Shown: positions 46,872 through 57,473, counted from the stretch's first letter. The stretch: 64,000 nucleotides of DNA from Acidimicrobiia bacterium (GCA_041581135.1 JBFGCM010000007.1:1963-65962), one strand, 5' to 3'. Notes: generated by a model from the sequence alone, not told the origin. A program made the numbers and translations.

Positions 46872-47959
46872 ACCTCCACGGCCACCATCAGCCTGGCGGC
46901 GATCAGCCTTGCGGCACCCGGCTTGCCCACGCTCCGTGCCGCCGCGGCCATCGACTCCAGGCGGGCCGGATCGTGCAGGAGTTCGGTGAGCAGCTTCGGC
47001 ACCGACTCGAGCTCGGCTTCGTCGACCATGACCGCACCCCCTGCGGTGACCAGGGACAGGGCGTTCGCCGCCTGGTGTCCCGCGGTGCCGATGGCGAGTG
47101 GCACCACCACCGACGGCGTGCCGGTCGCGGCCAGTTCGCTCACGGTGAGTGCTCCCGCCCGCGACAGCACCAGATCCGACGCAGCGTAGAAACGCTCCAT
47201 GTTCGATTCGAAGTCCAGAATGACCCAGGGTGCACCGGAGCCACGACGAAGCTCGGTTGCGGCGTGGCGAACCTCCTCCGCTTTTCCGGTCCCGGCCAGA
47301 TGCACGATGGCGGCGGCGTCATGCCTGGCGAATTCTGTGGCGGTTCGGTTGAGCACGAGTGCGCCCTGGCTGCCTCCCAGCACACCCAGCACCGCGGCGT
47401 CATCTGGCAGGCCGTACTCCCGACGCGCCGACGCCCGCAGCGCCTCCCGATCGAACTCGCTGAACGCGGGACGCATCGGGTTGCCGACCACCTCGGCTCC
47501 CGGGAGCTTCGCCGTGGCCGAATCGAAGGCGGCGAACGTCGCCTCGGCGAACCGAGCGACGAGCCGGTTGGCCAGACCGGGCTCGGCGTTCTGCTCGTGC
47601 AGGAAAACAGGGACACCGGCCGCACGGGCCCCCCACCCTGCCGGCACCGTGACGTAGCCTCCGAACGCCATGAGCACCCGGGTGGCGCGTCGCCGCAGCT
47701 CGGCGGCGACCATCCGGCTCGCCCGCCACACGACCAGCGGCAGCGTCAGGTTCTGGAGTGAGAGCGAGCGGCGCAGTCCTCGCAGCGGGAGCCGGACGAG
47801 GTCGTACCCGGCTGCGGGTACGACAGAGGGGGCGAGCCGGTCACCGCCGAAGAAGACGATCTCTTCCCGAGGCACCCCGGAGCCGACCAGGGCATCGGCC
47901 ACGGCGATAGCGGGGTAGATGTGCCCGCCCGTACCTGCGGCCGCCAGCGCGTACGTCAT
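46868..47959 (-). CDS. murG: undecaprenyl-PP-MurNAc-pentapeptide GlcNAc transferase
   Basis: GTGGHIYP, FGGY, HEQN..PG.AN, GNP.R, GGSQGA, RAGA.TVSE, HQ..NA. Confidence 0.96.
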   Translation of the reverse strand: MTYALAAAGTGGHIYPAIAVADALVGSGVPREEIVFFGGDRLAPSVVPAAGYDLVRLPLRGLRRSLSLQNLTLPLVVWRASRMVAAELRRRATRVLMAFGGYVTVPAGWGARAAGVPVFLHEQNAEPGLANRLVARFAEATFAAFDSATAKLPGAEVVGNPMRPAFSEFDREALRASARREYGLPDDAAVLGVLGGSQGALVLNRTATEFARHDAAAIVHLAGTGKAEEVRHAATELRRGSGAPWVILDFESNMERFYAASDLVLSRAGALTVSELAATGTPSVVVPLAIGTAGHQAANALSLVTAGGAVMVDEAELESVPKLLTELLHDPARLESMAAAARSVGKPGAARLIAARLMVAVEV

Positions 47960-49110
47960 GGCTTCGACCGCGCGATGTTCACCAGTACTCCCACCACGGC
48001 GAGGTTCGTGACCATGGCGGTTCCGCCACTGGAGATGAACGGCAGCGGCACACCCGTGATGGGCAGCACCGCGATCACACCGCCGATGTTCACCAGGGCT
48101 TGCACGGAGATCCACGTGACCAGTCCCACCGCCAGCAGGCGACCGAACCGATCCTTGGTACGCAATGCGATGACGGTACCGACCACGGCGAACGCCACGA
48201 ACAACAGCACGATGACGGCCGATCCGGCGAAGCCGGCTTCTTCTCCGATGATGGCGAAGATGAAGTCGGTGTGGGCGTTCGGCAGGAACGACCACCGGGC
48301 TCGACTGGCGCCGAGACCGACCCCGAACCACCCTCCCGTACCGAGCGCTACCCGGGCCTGCACGGCCTGAAGCCCCGAGTCCAGCGGATCCGCCAGCGGA
48401 TCGAGGAACGCGGTCACCCGGCGCCATCGATAGTCCGCAGAGAACGCGAGTGCAAAGGCGATGGCTCCGGCGACCAGACCGCTTCCGAAGATGAAGCGGA
48501 GCGGGGTTCGGGATGCCACGAGGATGGCGAACGCCGAGGCTCCGATGAGCAACGTCGTACCCAAGTCGGGCTCCGCCATCACCAGTGCCGCCACCGTGCC
48601 GAGCGACAACACCACCGGCCAGACGAAGTGGGGAAACTCGTGGATCCACTTCTCCTTCTTCGCCACCACTGCAGCGAGAAACACGACCGTGGCGAACTTG
48701 CTGAACTCGCTCGGCTGCACCGTCAGCCCGCCGACCTCGATCCATCGGGTGGCGCCGTTGCGGCTCACACCGATCGCCAGCACGGCCACGAGGCCGGCCA
48801 GCGACACCGCGTAGATGGGGAACGCCAGCCGGCGGTAGACCTGGTAGGGGACGCGCGACGCCACCAGCAGGGCCACCACACCGGCAGCGGTCCAGATGAC
48901 CTGACGTTTGAAGTAGAACAGCTTGTCCCCGGTCTCACGGAACGCCACCACAGACGACGCCGACATCACCGCACCCAATCCGACGATGACGAGGGTGGCT
49001 ACCAACACCAGCATGAAGATGGCATTGCGATCGCCGGCAGGGCGCGCCAGCTTCGGAGCGGGCTTGTTGCCGGGCTCCGGCTGGCGACGACGCGCCGTCG
49101 CGGCGCTCAC
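47956..49110 (-). CDS. ftsW: SEDS peptidoglycan glycosyltransferase FtsW
   Basis: GATRWI, QPSEFSK, EPDLGT, HTDFIFAIIGEE, TGVPLPFISSGG. Confidence 0.96.
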   Translation of the reverse strand: MSAATARRRQPEPGNKPAPKLARPAGDRNAIFMLVLVATLVIVGLGAVMSASSVVAFRETGDKLFYFKRQVIWTAAGVVALLVASRVPYQVYRRLAFPIYAVSLAGLVAVLAIGVSRNGATRWIEVGGLTVQPSEFSKFATVVFLAAVVAKKEKWIHEFPHFVWPVVLSLGTVAALVMAEPDLGTTLLIGASAFAILVASRTPLRFIFGSGLVAGAIAFALAFSADYRWRRVTAFLDPLADPLDSGLQAVQARVALGTGGWFGVGLGASRARWSFLPNAHTDFIFAIIGEEAGFAGSAVIVLLFVAFAVVGTVIALRTKDRFGRLLAVGLVTWISVQALVNIGGVIAVLPITGVPLPFISSGGTAMVTNLAVVGVLVNIARSKP

Positions 49111-50408
49111 GATGTCACCTCCGCATGGAACGCACGGACGGCATGCGCGAACTCGTCGCCCCGCCGTCCATAGGCCTCGAACATGTCGAAGCTGGCGCAG
49201 CCGGGAGCCAGGAGCACGGTGTCGCCGGGGTCGGCAACGGAAGCGGCCTCGGCCACCGCTGCGGCCAACGCCCGGCCACCGTCGGCGGAGTCGATGACGC
49301 TCACCCGATCGGGAAAGAGCGCCGCGAACTCGTGGCGGGTCTCACCGATGGCGATGACGTGCTTGATGGAGCCCACCGCGGCGAGTGGCGACAGATCGAG
49401 GTCCTTGTTCCGGCCGCCGGCTACGAGGATCACCGACCGATATGCGGTGGCGGCCGCAGCGGCGGCGTGTGGGTTGGTGGCCTTGGAGTCGTTCACCCAC
49501 GTCACTCCCGACCAGCTCCCGATCTCGGCGCGCCGGTGCGCACCGCGCTGAAACCCGGCGGCCACTTCGGCCACGGCCGCCGGGATGGCGCCGAGCGCGA
49601 TGGCCACGGCACCGGCGATGACGAGATCGACCAGATATGACGGGTCCGTCTCGGCGACCGGCATCTCGTGGCCGGCGATGACGAGCGCCCCGTCGCGGAC
49701 GCCGTGCCCGCCGTTCGGCACGGTGTGCCCAGAGACAGGCACCGCGCGGGAGGTAGCCGGGCCCACCACCGCTGCGGCGCCCGGATCGTCGACGTCGAAC
49801 AAGAGCAGGTCGTCGGGTCCTTGGTTCTCGAAGATGCGAGCTTTGGCGGCTGCATAGGCGGCGTAGTCCCCGTGCCAGTCGAGGTGGTCAGGGGCGACAT
49901 TGAGCACCGCCGCCACCCGAGGATGGAACGTGTCGATGAAGCGGAGCTGGAAGCTCGAGGCTTCGATGACGACGGCATCCCACTCTTCGGCGACCACGTC
50001 CGACAGCGGGTTCCCGATGTTGCCGGCAGCCGTTGCGTTCAGCCCGCTACGGACGAGCATGTCGGCCGCCACCCTGGTGGTCGTGGTCTTGCCATTGGTA
50101 CCGGTGATGGCCGCGTAGGGGCAGCCGAGGTCGGTTACGGCGAACTCGATTTCAGAGACCAGCGGCACCCCGGACGCCAGGATCGAACGGATGGCGATGC
50201 TGTGCTCCGGGAACCCGGGGCTGGCCACGACGATGTCGACGCGGTCCAAGTACGCATCCACCCAGTCCCCGGTGAAGGAGAAGTGCGAGTCGAACCGGTG
50301 GGCGACCATCGGGTCTTCGTCGTAGACGGCGATGTCGTACCCGCGTCGCCGCGCCAGGTTGCCCGCCGCGATCCCGCTCACCGCGCCCCCGAGTATCAGC
50401 GCGGTCAC
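49107..50408 (-). CDS. murD: UDP-MurNAc-L-Ala--D-glutamate ligase
   Basis: ITGTNGKTTT, GNIG, EASSFQL, DHLDWH, NDSKATN, PGCASFD. Confidence 0.96.
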   Translation of the reverse strand: MTALILGGAVSGIAAGNLARRRGYDIAVYDEDPMVAHRFDSHFSFTGDWVDAYLDRVDIVVASPGFPEHSIAIRSILASGVPLVSEIEFAVTDLGCPYAAITGTNGKTTTTRVAADMLVRSGLNATAAGNIGNPLSDVVAEEWDAVVIEASSFQLRFIDTFHPRVAAVLNVAPDHLDWHGDYAAYAAAKARIFENQGPDDLLLFDVDDPGAAAVVGPATSRAVPVSGHTVPNGGHGVRDGALVIAGHEMPVAETDPSYLVDLVIAGAVAIALGAIPAAVAEVAAGFQRGAHRRAEIGSWSGVTWVNDSKATNPHAAAAAATAYRSVILVAGGRNKDLDLSPLAAVGSIKHVIAIGETRHEFAALFPDRVSVIDSADGGRALAAAVAEAASVADPGDTVLLAPGCASFDMFEAYGRRGDEFAHAVRAFHAEVTS

Positions 50409-51493
50409 GGCAACAGCCCCCCGCCGAACGTGGTGATGAAGTCGCCGTAGAACACACCGACACCGAAGGTCACGCAGATGACCGCGATGATCCAGAACCG
50501 GATGATGACCGTCGTCTCCGGCCAGCCCTTGAGCTCGAAATGGTGGTGGAGCGGTGCCATGCGGAAGATCCGCTTTCCGAACATGCGGAAGGACGCCACC
50601 TGGAGGATCACCGACATGGTGATCATCACGTACAACCCACCGAGGATGATCAACAGCAGATGCGTGTTGGTGAGCAGAGCCAACGCCGCCATGGCGGCAC
50701 CCAGCGCCTGGGAGCCGACATCACCCATGAAGATCTTCGCCGGTGCGGCGTTCCACCACAGGAATCCCAGCGTGCTGCCCAACAGGGCGGCGGCGAGCAT
50801 GCCGAGGTTGAGGGCACCCTCCACGTCGTAGAACATCTCTCCGGTCTGGGGGTCGAGCAGCTCGAAGTTACGAAAGAGCCAGAAGCACAGGATCACGAAG
50901 GCCCCGTACACGAGTGCCGATGACCCGGCGGCGAGGCCGTCGAGGCCGTCGGACAGGTTCACCGCGTTCGCAGCTGCGGTGAGCATCAGCAGCACCAGCA
51001 ACGAATACAGCACCGGCCCCAGATCGATGCCCAGGCCACGAGTGAACGCCAGCTCGGTGCTCACTCCGGCGGCGATGGCTCCCCATGCGAAGACCCCGGC
51101 CACGAGCAGCTGTCCGAGGAACTTCCACCGCTTCGACAACCCCTGGTTCTCACGCCGGGCGAACTTGATGTAGTCGTCGAGCAACCCGATGACGCCCATG
51201 CCGACGAACGCGAACAGGCCGAGCCACCCTTGGATGGCAAAGTCACGAAGGCTGAAGTCCACCCCCTCGCCCACCGTCCAGAAGCGGATGTGGGCCATGA
51301 CGAACCCGATGGAGACGGCGATGAGCATGACCAGACCGCCCATGGTCGGTGTACCACGTTTGTGGAGGTGACCCTCGACTTCCTCCTGGATGAACTGACC
51401 GATCTCACGCCGACGCAATCCACGGATCGCATACGGGGTCAGGATGATCGTGGCGAGGAACGCAATGGCGCCGGAAGCGAGCAGGGCGATCAT
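50405..51493 (-). CDS. mraY: phospho-MurNAc-pentapeptide transferase
   Basis: KRGTPTMGG, DDY.K, NAVNLSDGLDGL, FMGDVGS, APLHHHFE. Confidence 0.97.
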   Translation of the reverse strand: MIALLASGAIAFLATIILTPYAIRGLRRREIGQFIQEEVEGHLHKRGTPTMGGLVMLIAVSIGFVMAHIRFWTVGEGVDFSLRDFAIQGWLGLFAFVGMGVIGLLDDYIKFARRENQGLSKRWKFLGQLLVAGVFAWGAIAAGVSTELAFTRGLGIDLGPVLYSLLVLLMLTAAANAVNLSDGLDGLAAGSSALVYGAFVILCFWLFRNFELLDPQTGEMFYDVEGALNLGMLAAALLGSTLGFLWWNAAPAKIFMGDVGSQALGAAMAALALLTNTHLLLIILGGLYVMITMSVILQVASFRMFGKRIFRMAPLHHHFELKGWPETTVIIRFWIIAVICVTFGVGVFYGDFITTFGGGLLP

Positions 51494-52824
51494 CGTGCCG
51501 CCTCTGCGGCGAGTTGCAGCGCCAGTTGTTCCAGACCGACCGAACGCGAAGCCTTGACCAGCACCACATCACCCGGTTCGACCAACGCCGCCACCGCGGC
51601 GTGGGCATCGGCGCACGTCGCCACGGTTCGTGCGATGTCGCCGGCGCCTTTGGCGAACCCCGGATCCTCGCCGACCACGATCACGCTGTGGTAGCCCAAC
51701 TCCCTGGCGAGCGCTCCCATGCGCACGTGTTCGGACTCTTCCAGGTGACCGAGCTCGGCCATGCGGCCCACCACGGCGACATGCCGGCCGGGCATCGCGG
51801 CCACCGTCTGGAGGGCAGACGCCATGGAGTCCGGGTTGGCGTTGTAGGCGTCATTGACGACGACATAGGTGCCCTCGTGGCGCTCCATCCGCCATGCCGA
51901 AGCCGAGGCGACCTCGAGGTTGGCGGCGGCCGAGGCGAAGTCGACCCCGACGGCAACCGAGGCGGCCACGGCGGCGGCGGCGTTCTCGGCGTGATGCCTC
52001 CCGACGAGCGGGAGTCGTACCCGCACCGTGTCGCCGTCGTAGCTGAGCGTGAACGCCGGCCTCCCGGCGTCATCGACTTCCACGTCACCGATGGCGACGT
52101 CGCCGTTGCGCCCGAAGCTGAGCGTTGCCCCGGAGTGGGCACGGATGGGAGGCAGCAGGCGGGATTCGTCGGCGGGCACCACTGCGGTACCCCCGCCCTC
52201 GAGCAGCTCGACGAGCTCCCACTTCGCAGCGGCGAGTGCCTCCGGTGTGCCGAACGTCTCCATGTGCACGACACCCAGGTTGGTGATCACTGCGACATCG
52301 GGGGCCACGACGGGTGCCAGGTGGGCGATGTGCCCGACGCCACGGGAGCCGACCTCGAGCACGAGGTACCGGGCATCGTCGGGCGTCGCCAGCACCGTCA
52401 GCGGCACGCCCACCTCGTTGTTGAACGACTTCGGCGACACCCAGGAACCCTCCAGACAGGCGGCGAGCAGGTCCTTGGTGGACGTCTTTCCAGTGCTCCC
52501 CGTGATGGCGACGACGGGGATCGTGAGCTCACTGCGCCTCCTGGCGGCGAGGGCCCGCAATGCCTCGAGCGTATCTGCAACCTCGATCCGCGGCTCCACC
52601 TCGAGGCCGGGGCGGACGATGACTGCGCCGGCGCCGGTCTCCCGCGCCGCCGCGGCGTAGTCGTGACCATCGAAGCGCTGACCGACGATGGCGACGAACA
52701 GCGCCCCGGGCGTGAGGTGCCGGGTGTCGGTCTCGATCCGGTCCACGACCATCCCGGCGGCTCCCCCGATCGAGGTGCCGGCGACCGTGGCGGTCACGCT
52801 CTCCAAGGTCCAGCCGAGCTTCAT
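51490..52824 (-). CDS. murF: UDP-MurNAc-tripeptide--D-Ala-D-Ala ligase
   Basis: DGHDY, ITGSTGKTSTK, FNNEVGVP, NDAYNANP, KASR. Confidence 0.95.
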   Translation of the reverse strand: MKLGWTLESVTATVAGTSIGGAAGMVVDRIETDTRHLTPGALFVAIVGQRFDGHDYAAAARETGAGAVIVRPGLEVEPRIEVADTLEALRALAARRRSELTIPVVAITGSTGKTSTKDLLAACLEGSWVSPKSFNNEVGVPLTVLATPDDARYLVLEVGSRGVGHIAHLAPVVAPDVAVITNLGVVHMETFGTPEALAAAKWELVELLEGGGTAVVPADESRLLPPIRAHSGATLSFGRNGDVAIGDVEVDDAGRPAFTLSYDGDTVRVRLPLVGRHHAENAAAAVAASVAVGVDFASAAANLEVASASAWRMERHEGTYVVVNDAYNANPDSMASALQTVAAMPGRHVAVVGRMAELGHLEESEHVRMGALARELGYHSVIVVGEDPGFAKGAGDIARTVATCADAHAAVAALVEPGDVVLVKASRSVGLEQLALQLAAEAAR

Positions 52825-54296
52825 GACGCCGCTCCGGCCATCAACTCTTCCATCGCCACGGTCCGATCGTCGAACGGCACCACGATGCCGTCTGCAAGCT
52901 CTTGGCTCGTCTCGTGACCCTTGCCCAGGATGAGTACGACGTCGCCCGCGGCGGCGGCGTCGATCGCCATCCGAATCGCACGTCGGCGATCAGGCTCCTC
53001 AACGAGATCGGTGGCCCCGGCGTCGCGGGCGCCCGTCACCACGGCGGCGGCGATGGCTATCGGGTCCTCCGAGCGCGGGTTGTCCGACGTGACGATCACC
53101 CGATCCGCACTGGCGGCGGCCGCGCCCATGAGCGGACGCTTGGCTTGGTCGCGGTCCCCCCCGGCGCCGACGACCACGGTGATACGGCCACTGGTGAGGG
53201 GCCGCACCTGTGCCACCATGGCGCTGATGGCCTCGGGCGAGTGGGCGTAGTCGACGATGACCGCAAACGGCTGACCGGCATCCACGCTCTCGAAGCGTCC
53301 TGGGATGCGGTCCACGGCCGACAGACCGGCGGCCACCAGCGCCGGCCTCACTCCCAGCTCCACTGCGCACGCAGCCGCCACCAGTGCGTTGGCGACGTTG
53401 AAGTCACCAGCCAACCGCAGTTCGACCGGGAATCGCTCGTCGTCGATGACGAGGGTGAATCGCGTGCCGCTCAGGGAGGCTTCCGGTCGCTCGGCGCGAA
53501 TGGACTGCCCGGTCCCGACGCGCCGCACCGGCACGACCCCGTCGAGCCCTGCGGCGAGCTCGTCGCCTCGGGGGTCGTCGACCCAGACGACGGCGCGCTT
53601 GGCGCGGGCCGGCTCGAAGAGGGACCGCTTGGCGGCGAAATAGTCGTTCATCGTCGGGTGGAAATCGAGGTGATCCTGGGAGAGATTCGTGAACGCCGCC
53701 ACCTCGAAGACAGTGCCATCGACCCGGCCGAGCGCCAGCGCGTGGGACGATACCTCCAACACTCCCACTTCGGTGCCCTCGTCCAGCATGCGCCGGAACA
53801 ACCGCTGCAGATCGCTGGACTCCGGCGTGGTTCGAGCCTGAGGGATGTCCACCCCGCCGATTCGGGCCCCGACCGTGCCCACCACACCTGCGGCGACACC
53901 GGCAGTGCCGAGGATCGACTCGATGAGGTACGTGACGGTGGTCTTGCCATTGGTGCCGGTGACCCCGACCACCTTCAGTCGAGTCGACGGATCACGATGC
54001 ACGGCGGCCGCGAGCTGCGGCAACGCCCGGCGGCAGTCTGCTACTCGCAGCCGGGGTACTCCCCCGTCGGGGACCTCGGTATCGACGCACACGGCCACGG
54101 CTCCCCGCTGCTCGGCGTCGCCGATGAACATGCGGCCGTCCCGAGAGGAGCCGCGAATGGCGACGAAGAGCCAGCCGGGCTGGATGTCACGAGAGTTGTG
54201 GGTCACGTCGACGACCTCGGCGTCGACCCCGGAGGGAGTCAGCTCACCGTCGACGGCTGTGGCCAGTGCGCTGAGCCTGACCGGCTCACGGCGCAT
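52821..54296 (-). CDS. murE: UDP-MurNAc-dipeptide--meso-diaminopimelate ligase
   Basis: TGTNGKTT, TTPES, EVSSH, DHLDFH, DYAH, DNPR (DAP-specific), GKGHE. Confidence 0.96.
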   Translation of the reverse strand: MRREPVRLSALATAVDGELTPSGVDAEVVDVTHNSRDIQPGWLFVAIRGSSRDGRMFIGDAEQRGAVAVCVDTEVPDGGVPRLRVADCRRALPQLAAAVHRDPSTRLKVVGVTGTNGKTTVTYLIESILGTAGVAAGVVGTVGARIGGVDIPQARTTPESSDLQRLFRRMLDEGTEVGVLEVSSHALALGRVDGTVFEVAAFTNLSQDHLDFHPTMNDYFAAKRSLFEPARAKRAVVWVDDPRGDELAAGLDGVVPVRRVGTGQSIRAERPEASLSGTRFTLVIDDERFPVELRLAGDFNVANALVAAACAVELGVRPALVAAGLSAVDRIPGRFESVDAGQPFAVIVDYAHSPEAISAMVAQVRPLTSGRITVVVGAGGDRDQAKRPLMGAAAASADRVIVTSDNPRSEDPIAIAAAVVTGARDAGATDLVEEPDRRRAIRMAIDAAAAGDVVLILGKGHETSQELADGIVVPFDDRTVAMEELMAGAAS

Positions 54297-56007
54297 CGGG
54301 CGGCACTCCCAACTGATGGAGGGCGGCGGTGGCGATCTCGGCGAACAGCGGAGCGGCGGAGACACCGCCGAACCGGAGATCGTCTTCACCCGCCGGCGGT
54401 GGACCTTGCGGCGAATCGAGTACCACGGCCACCACCACCTGCGGATCGGCCAGCGGAGCCATACCGATGAAGCTGGAGATCCGCGCCGTCTCCGAGTAGA
54501 CCAACGCTTCGGGATCCCACTTCTCGGTGGTCCCGGTCTTGCCGCCCACCGTGTACCCGTCGACGGCGGCCCGGTGACCCGTCCCACGGTTCACCACGCC
54601 CCCCAGGAAGATGCGCATGATCTCGGCGGTCTCCTGTGAGACGACGGGACGCTCGGCCGCTTCGTACGGCTCGCGAACGCCCTCGCCGTCCACCACTTCC
54701 TTGACGATGTGCGGCTGTATCCACACGCCGTCATTGGCGATGGTGCCATACACCGCGGCCATCTGCAGGGCCGTCACGTCGACCCGATACCCGATGGCGG
54801 TGGAGGGTCCGCACACGAACTCACACCACTCCTCGGCAGGGCGGAGCAGGCCGGGGTTCTCGCCGCCGAAGTCGGAACCGGCGGTCTGTCCCAATCCGAA
54901 CGCCTGGAGGTATCGGTGGTGCAGGTCGTTGCCCAGCTCGGCTTGTATGAGGATCGTGCCGACGTTCGATGAGTAGGCCACGATGTCGGCAACGCTCAGC
55001 TGCTCGGGATGGGTTCCCACGTCGGTATACACCTTGTCGGGGAACTCGATCTCCTCGGGCACCCAGAAGTACTGATTGGGGGCGATCACGCCCTCGTCGA
55101 GGGCGGCGGCGACGGTGATCAGCTTGAGTGTCGAGCCGGGTTCGAACTTGTCCGTCACGGCCCGGTTGCGGAATGCCACCGGGTCGGCGTTCGCCACATC
55201 GTTGGGATCGAACGTCGGGTAGTTCGCCATCGCCAGGATCTCTCCCGTCTCCGGATCCAACACGATCACCGAACCCGCCGCAGCACCGACGTCTTCCACC
55301 GTTCGGCCCAGGGCCTCCTCGGCGGCGAACTGGATGCCACGATCGATCGTCAGCACCAGATCTCCCCCGGGCTGGGCCGGCGTGATGACGAGCTCGGCCT
55401 GCGGGATGGCAGCCCCGGACGGGTCACGTTCGACGATCTGCTCGCCGGGAATGCCGGCCAAGATCTCGTCGTAGCGGAGCTCGAGACCTTCGAGCGGCTC
55501 GTTGTCGCTCACCCGAACGAAGCCGAGCACCTGGGCCGCCAACGACCCGGCCGGGTAGACCCGCTTCGGCTCCTTCATGGTGAAGATCCCGGGGATGTCG
55601 GCCGCAACGATCTGGGCGGCGTCGCCCGGGTCCATCTTGCGTGCGACGAACACCATCTCTTTGTCGCGGGCGAAGCGCTCGGCGAGGAGGGCAGAGTCGA
55701 CGCCGACGAGTGGCGACACGAAGCGAGCGGTCGTGAGCGGATCGTCGATGTACTGGGGGTTGGCGTAGACCGTGGTGGCGTCGATGGTCACCGCGAGCTC
55801 CACTCCGTCCCGGTCGAAGATGCGACCCCGCGGCGGGTCCAACGGCTCATTGCGAAGCCGCTGCGCCAGACCGCGCTCCACATACTCGGCTGCTTCCGCG
55901 TTGTGAAAGCTGAACAGACGGAAGCCGATGTAGCCCCACGCCATGATCACCGACAAACCGATGGCGATGACCCGGCGATCGAGGCCGCGGCCAGCCCGCC
56001 GGCCCAC
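54286..56007 (-). CDS. ftsI: class B penicillin-binding protein FtsI/PBP3
   Basis: TM, RGRIFDR, RVYP.G, STLK (SxxK), SSN (SxN), KTGT. Confidence 0.94.
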   Translation of the reverse strand: MGRRAGRGLDRRVIAIGLSVIMAWGYIGFRLFSFHNAEAAEYVERGLAQRLRNEPLDPPRGRIFDRDGVELAVTIDATTVYANPQYIDDPLTTARFVSPLVGVDSALLAERFARDKEMVFVARKMDPGDAAQIVAADIPGIFTMKEPKRVYPAGSLAAQVLGFVRVSDNEPLEGLELRYDEILAGIPGEQIVERDPSGAAIPQAELVITPAQPGGDLVLTIDRGIQFAAEEALGRTVEDVGAAAGSVIVLDPETGEILAMANYPTFDPNDVANADPVAFRNRAVTDKFEPGSTLKLITVAAALDEGVIAPNQYFWVPEEIEFPDKVYTDVGTHPEQLSVADIVAYSSNVGTILIQAELGNDLHHRYLQAFGLGQTAGSDFGGENPGLLRPAEEWCEFVCGPSTAIGYRVDVTALQMAAVYGTIANDGVWIQPHIVKEVVDGEGVREPYEAAERPVVSQETAEIMRIFLGGVVNRGTGHRAAVDGYTVGGKTGTTEKWDPEALVYSETARISSFIGMAPLADPQVVVAVVLDSPQGPPPAGEDDLRFGGVSAAPLFAEIATAALHQLGVPPDAP

Positions 56008-56130
56008 GTTATTCCCTTTGGCGGTCAGAGCAGCGGAAAGCCGCCCTCAGGCCGCCAGCGCGGGGCCCGGTCGCGGCGCATGCCTGCGCCGGAGCGGAGG
56101 ATGCGTGCGGTGCGTCATGGCACGGTGCGC

Positions 56131-56529
56131 TCATGGCTGCGCACTCAAGACCGACTTCAACGTGGCCCACTGCTCCTCCGGATCTGGCCGGTCCGGGCTC
56201 CCCAGGCCCGGCACAGTAAGCGGATGCGGCCCGGCTTCCGGGTAAATCATCCCCAGATCGGTGGCCGCTTTGCGGATCCGATCGGGTGATTGGAGCTGGG
56301 CGAGCTCGCGCCGCAGGTCCCAGTACCGGGATTCCTCGATCTCGATCCGGCCCTCGAGCTCCTGCACCACGAACGCGCTGTCGTCCAGGGTGGTCCGGGA
56401 GAAGATGAGGGCGTAGAAGGCCAAGATCACGAACCCGGTGAACACGACCCAGTGCCGCACCCGCGGCCGGGGGCGCACTCGGTCCGGAACCGAGATGGCT
56501 CCCGGGATGCGGGCAACACCGGTGGTCAT
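56131..56529 (-). CDS. ftsL: FtsL-like septal protein
   Basis: Short cytoplasmic part, one TM, coiled coil ending SPDRI...A..LGM; lies between rsmH and ftsI. Confidence 0.8.
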   Translation of the reverse strand: MTTGVARIPGAISVPDRVRPRPRVRHWVVFTGFVILAFYALIFSRTTLDDSAFVVQELEGRIEIEESRYWDLRRELAQLQSPDRIRKAATDLGMIYPEAGPHPLTVPGLGSPDRPDPEEQWATLKSVLSAQP

Positions 56530-57473
56530 GGCGCAGTCCTCTCTACGGCGCGGAGCTTGGCGCTGCGCGAACGCGGATTGGCCTGGACCTCCTCAGCGCT
56601 CGGCACGATCGGCCGGCGGGTGACCAGCCGGTACCCGGCCGTGCGTCCACACATGCATTCGGGCAGCTCGGGCGGGCACACGCAGCCGGTCGACGCAATG
56701 CGGAATCGCTGTTTGACGATGCGGTCCTCGAGCGAGTGATAGGCGATCACGACGACTCGACCTCCGAAAGCGACCAGATCGAGCGCGGCGTCCAACCCGG
56801 ACTCGAGGGCCGCCAGCTCACCGTTGACCGCGATTCGGATCGCCTGGAAGGTGCGCCGTGCCGGGTGGCGGCGCCGCCGGGCGGGGGCAGGAACCGCGGA
56901 GGCGACGACCGCCGCCAACTCCGTCGTGCGCTCCAGCGGGCGAGCTGCAACGATCGCCTCGGCGATACGGCGGGCGAATCGCTCTTCGCCGTAACGGCGA
57001 ATCGTCGATGTGAGCTCGTCGACGCTCCACCCATTGACGACGTCGCCGGCCGTGAGCGGAGCATCCGGCCCCATGCGCATATCGAGCGGACCGTCCTCGT
57101 GATAGGAGAAGCCGCGCTGGGACGCATCGAGCTGATGCGAGGAGACGCCCAAGTCAAACAGGACGCCAGCAGGATGTTCCAGGGCGGCATCATCTGACGA
57201 CGCCCGGTGAAGGAGCGTTGCCAGGTCGGCGAAGTTCCCGGCGACGAAACGGAGCCCGGGGTCCTCCTTCACCTGGTCCGCCGCGTCCGGGTCCCGGTCG
57301 ATCGCCAGGACTCGGAATCCGGCGGTGCGGAGGGCACGGCTGTGCCCCCCGCCGCCGAACGTCGCATCGACTATCCATGGCGCGGGCCCGCTGTCGTCCG
57401 GGAACTCCGGAGAGGTGAAGACGTCTACGACCTCTGCGACCATCACGGGCGCGTGGTAGCCGGGCTGACCCAT
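56526..57473 (-). CDS. rsmH: 16S rRNA m4C1402 methyltransferase RsmH (MraW)
   Basis: HAPVM, DATFGGGGHS, DLGVSS.QLD, LDMRM, FQAIRIAVN, YHSLEDRIVK, NPRSRSAKLR. Confidence 0.97.
   Translation of the reverse strand: MGQPGYHAPVMVAEVVDVFTSPEFPDDSGPAPWIVDATFGGGGHSRALRTAGFRVLAIDRDPDAADQVKEDPGLRFVAGNFADLATLLHRASSDDAALEHPAGVLFDLGVSSHQLDASQRGFSYHEDGPLDMRMGPDAPLTAGDVVNGWSVDELTSTIRRYGEERFARRIAEAIVAARPLERTTELAAVVASAVPAPARRRRHPARRTFQAIRIAVNGELAALESGLDAALDLVAFGGRVVVIAYHSLEDRIVKQRFRIASTGCVCPPELPECMCGRTAGYRLVTRRPIVPSAEEVQANPRSRSAKLRAVERTAP

Noticed and set aside
56047-56049. Selenocysteine recoding at the in-frame UGA before ftsI
   Set aside because: The hairpin encloses the UGA rather than following it as a bacterial SECIS would, the position is not a redox Cys site, and there are no sel genes in the window.
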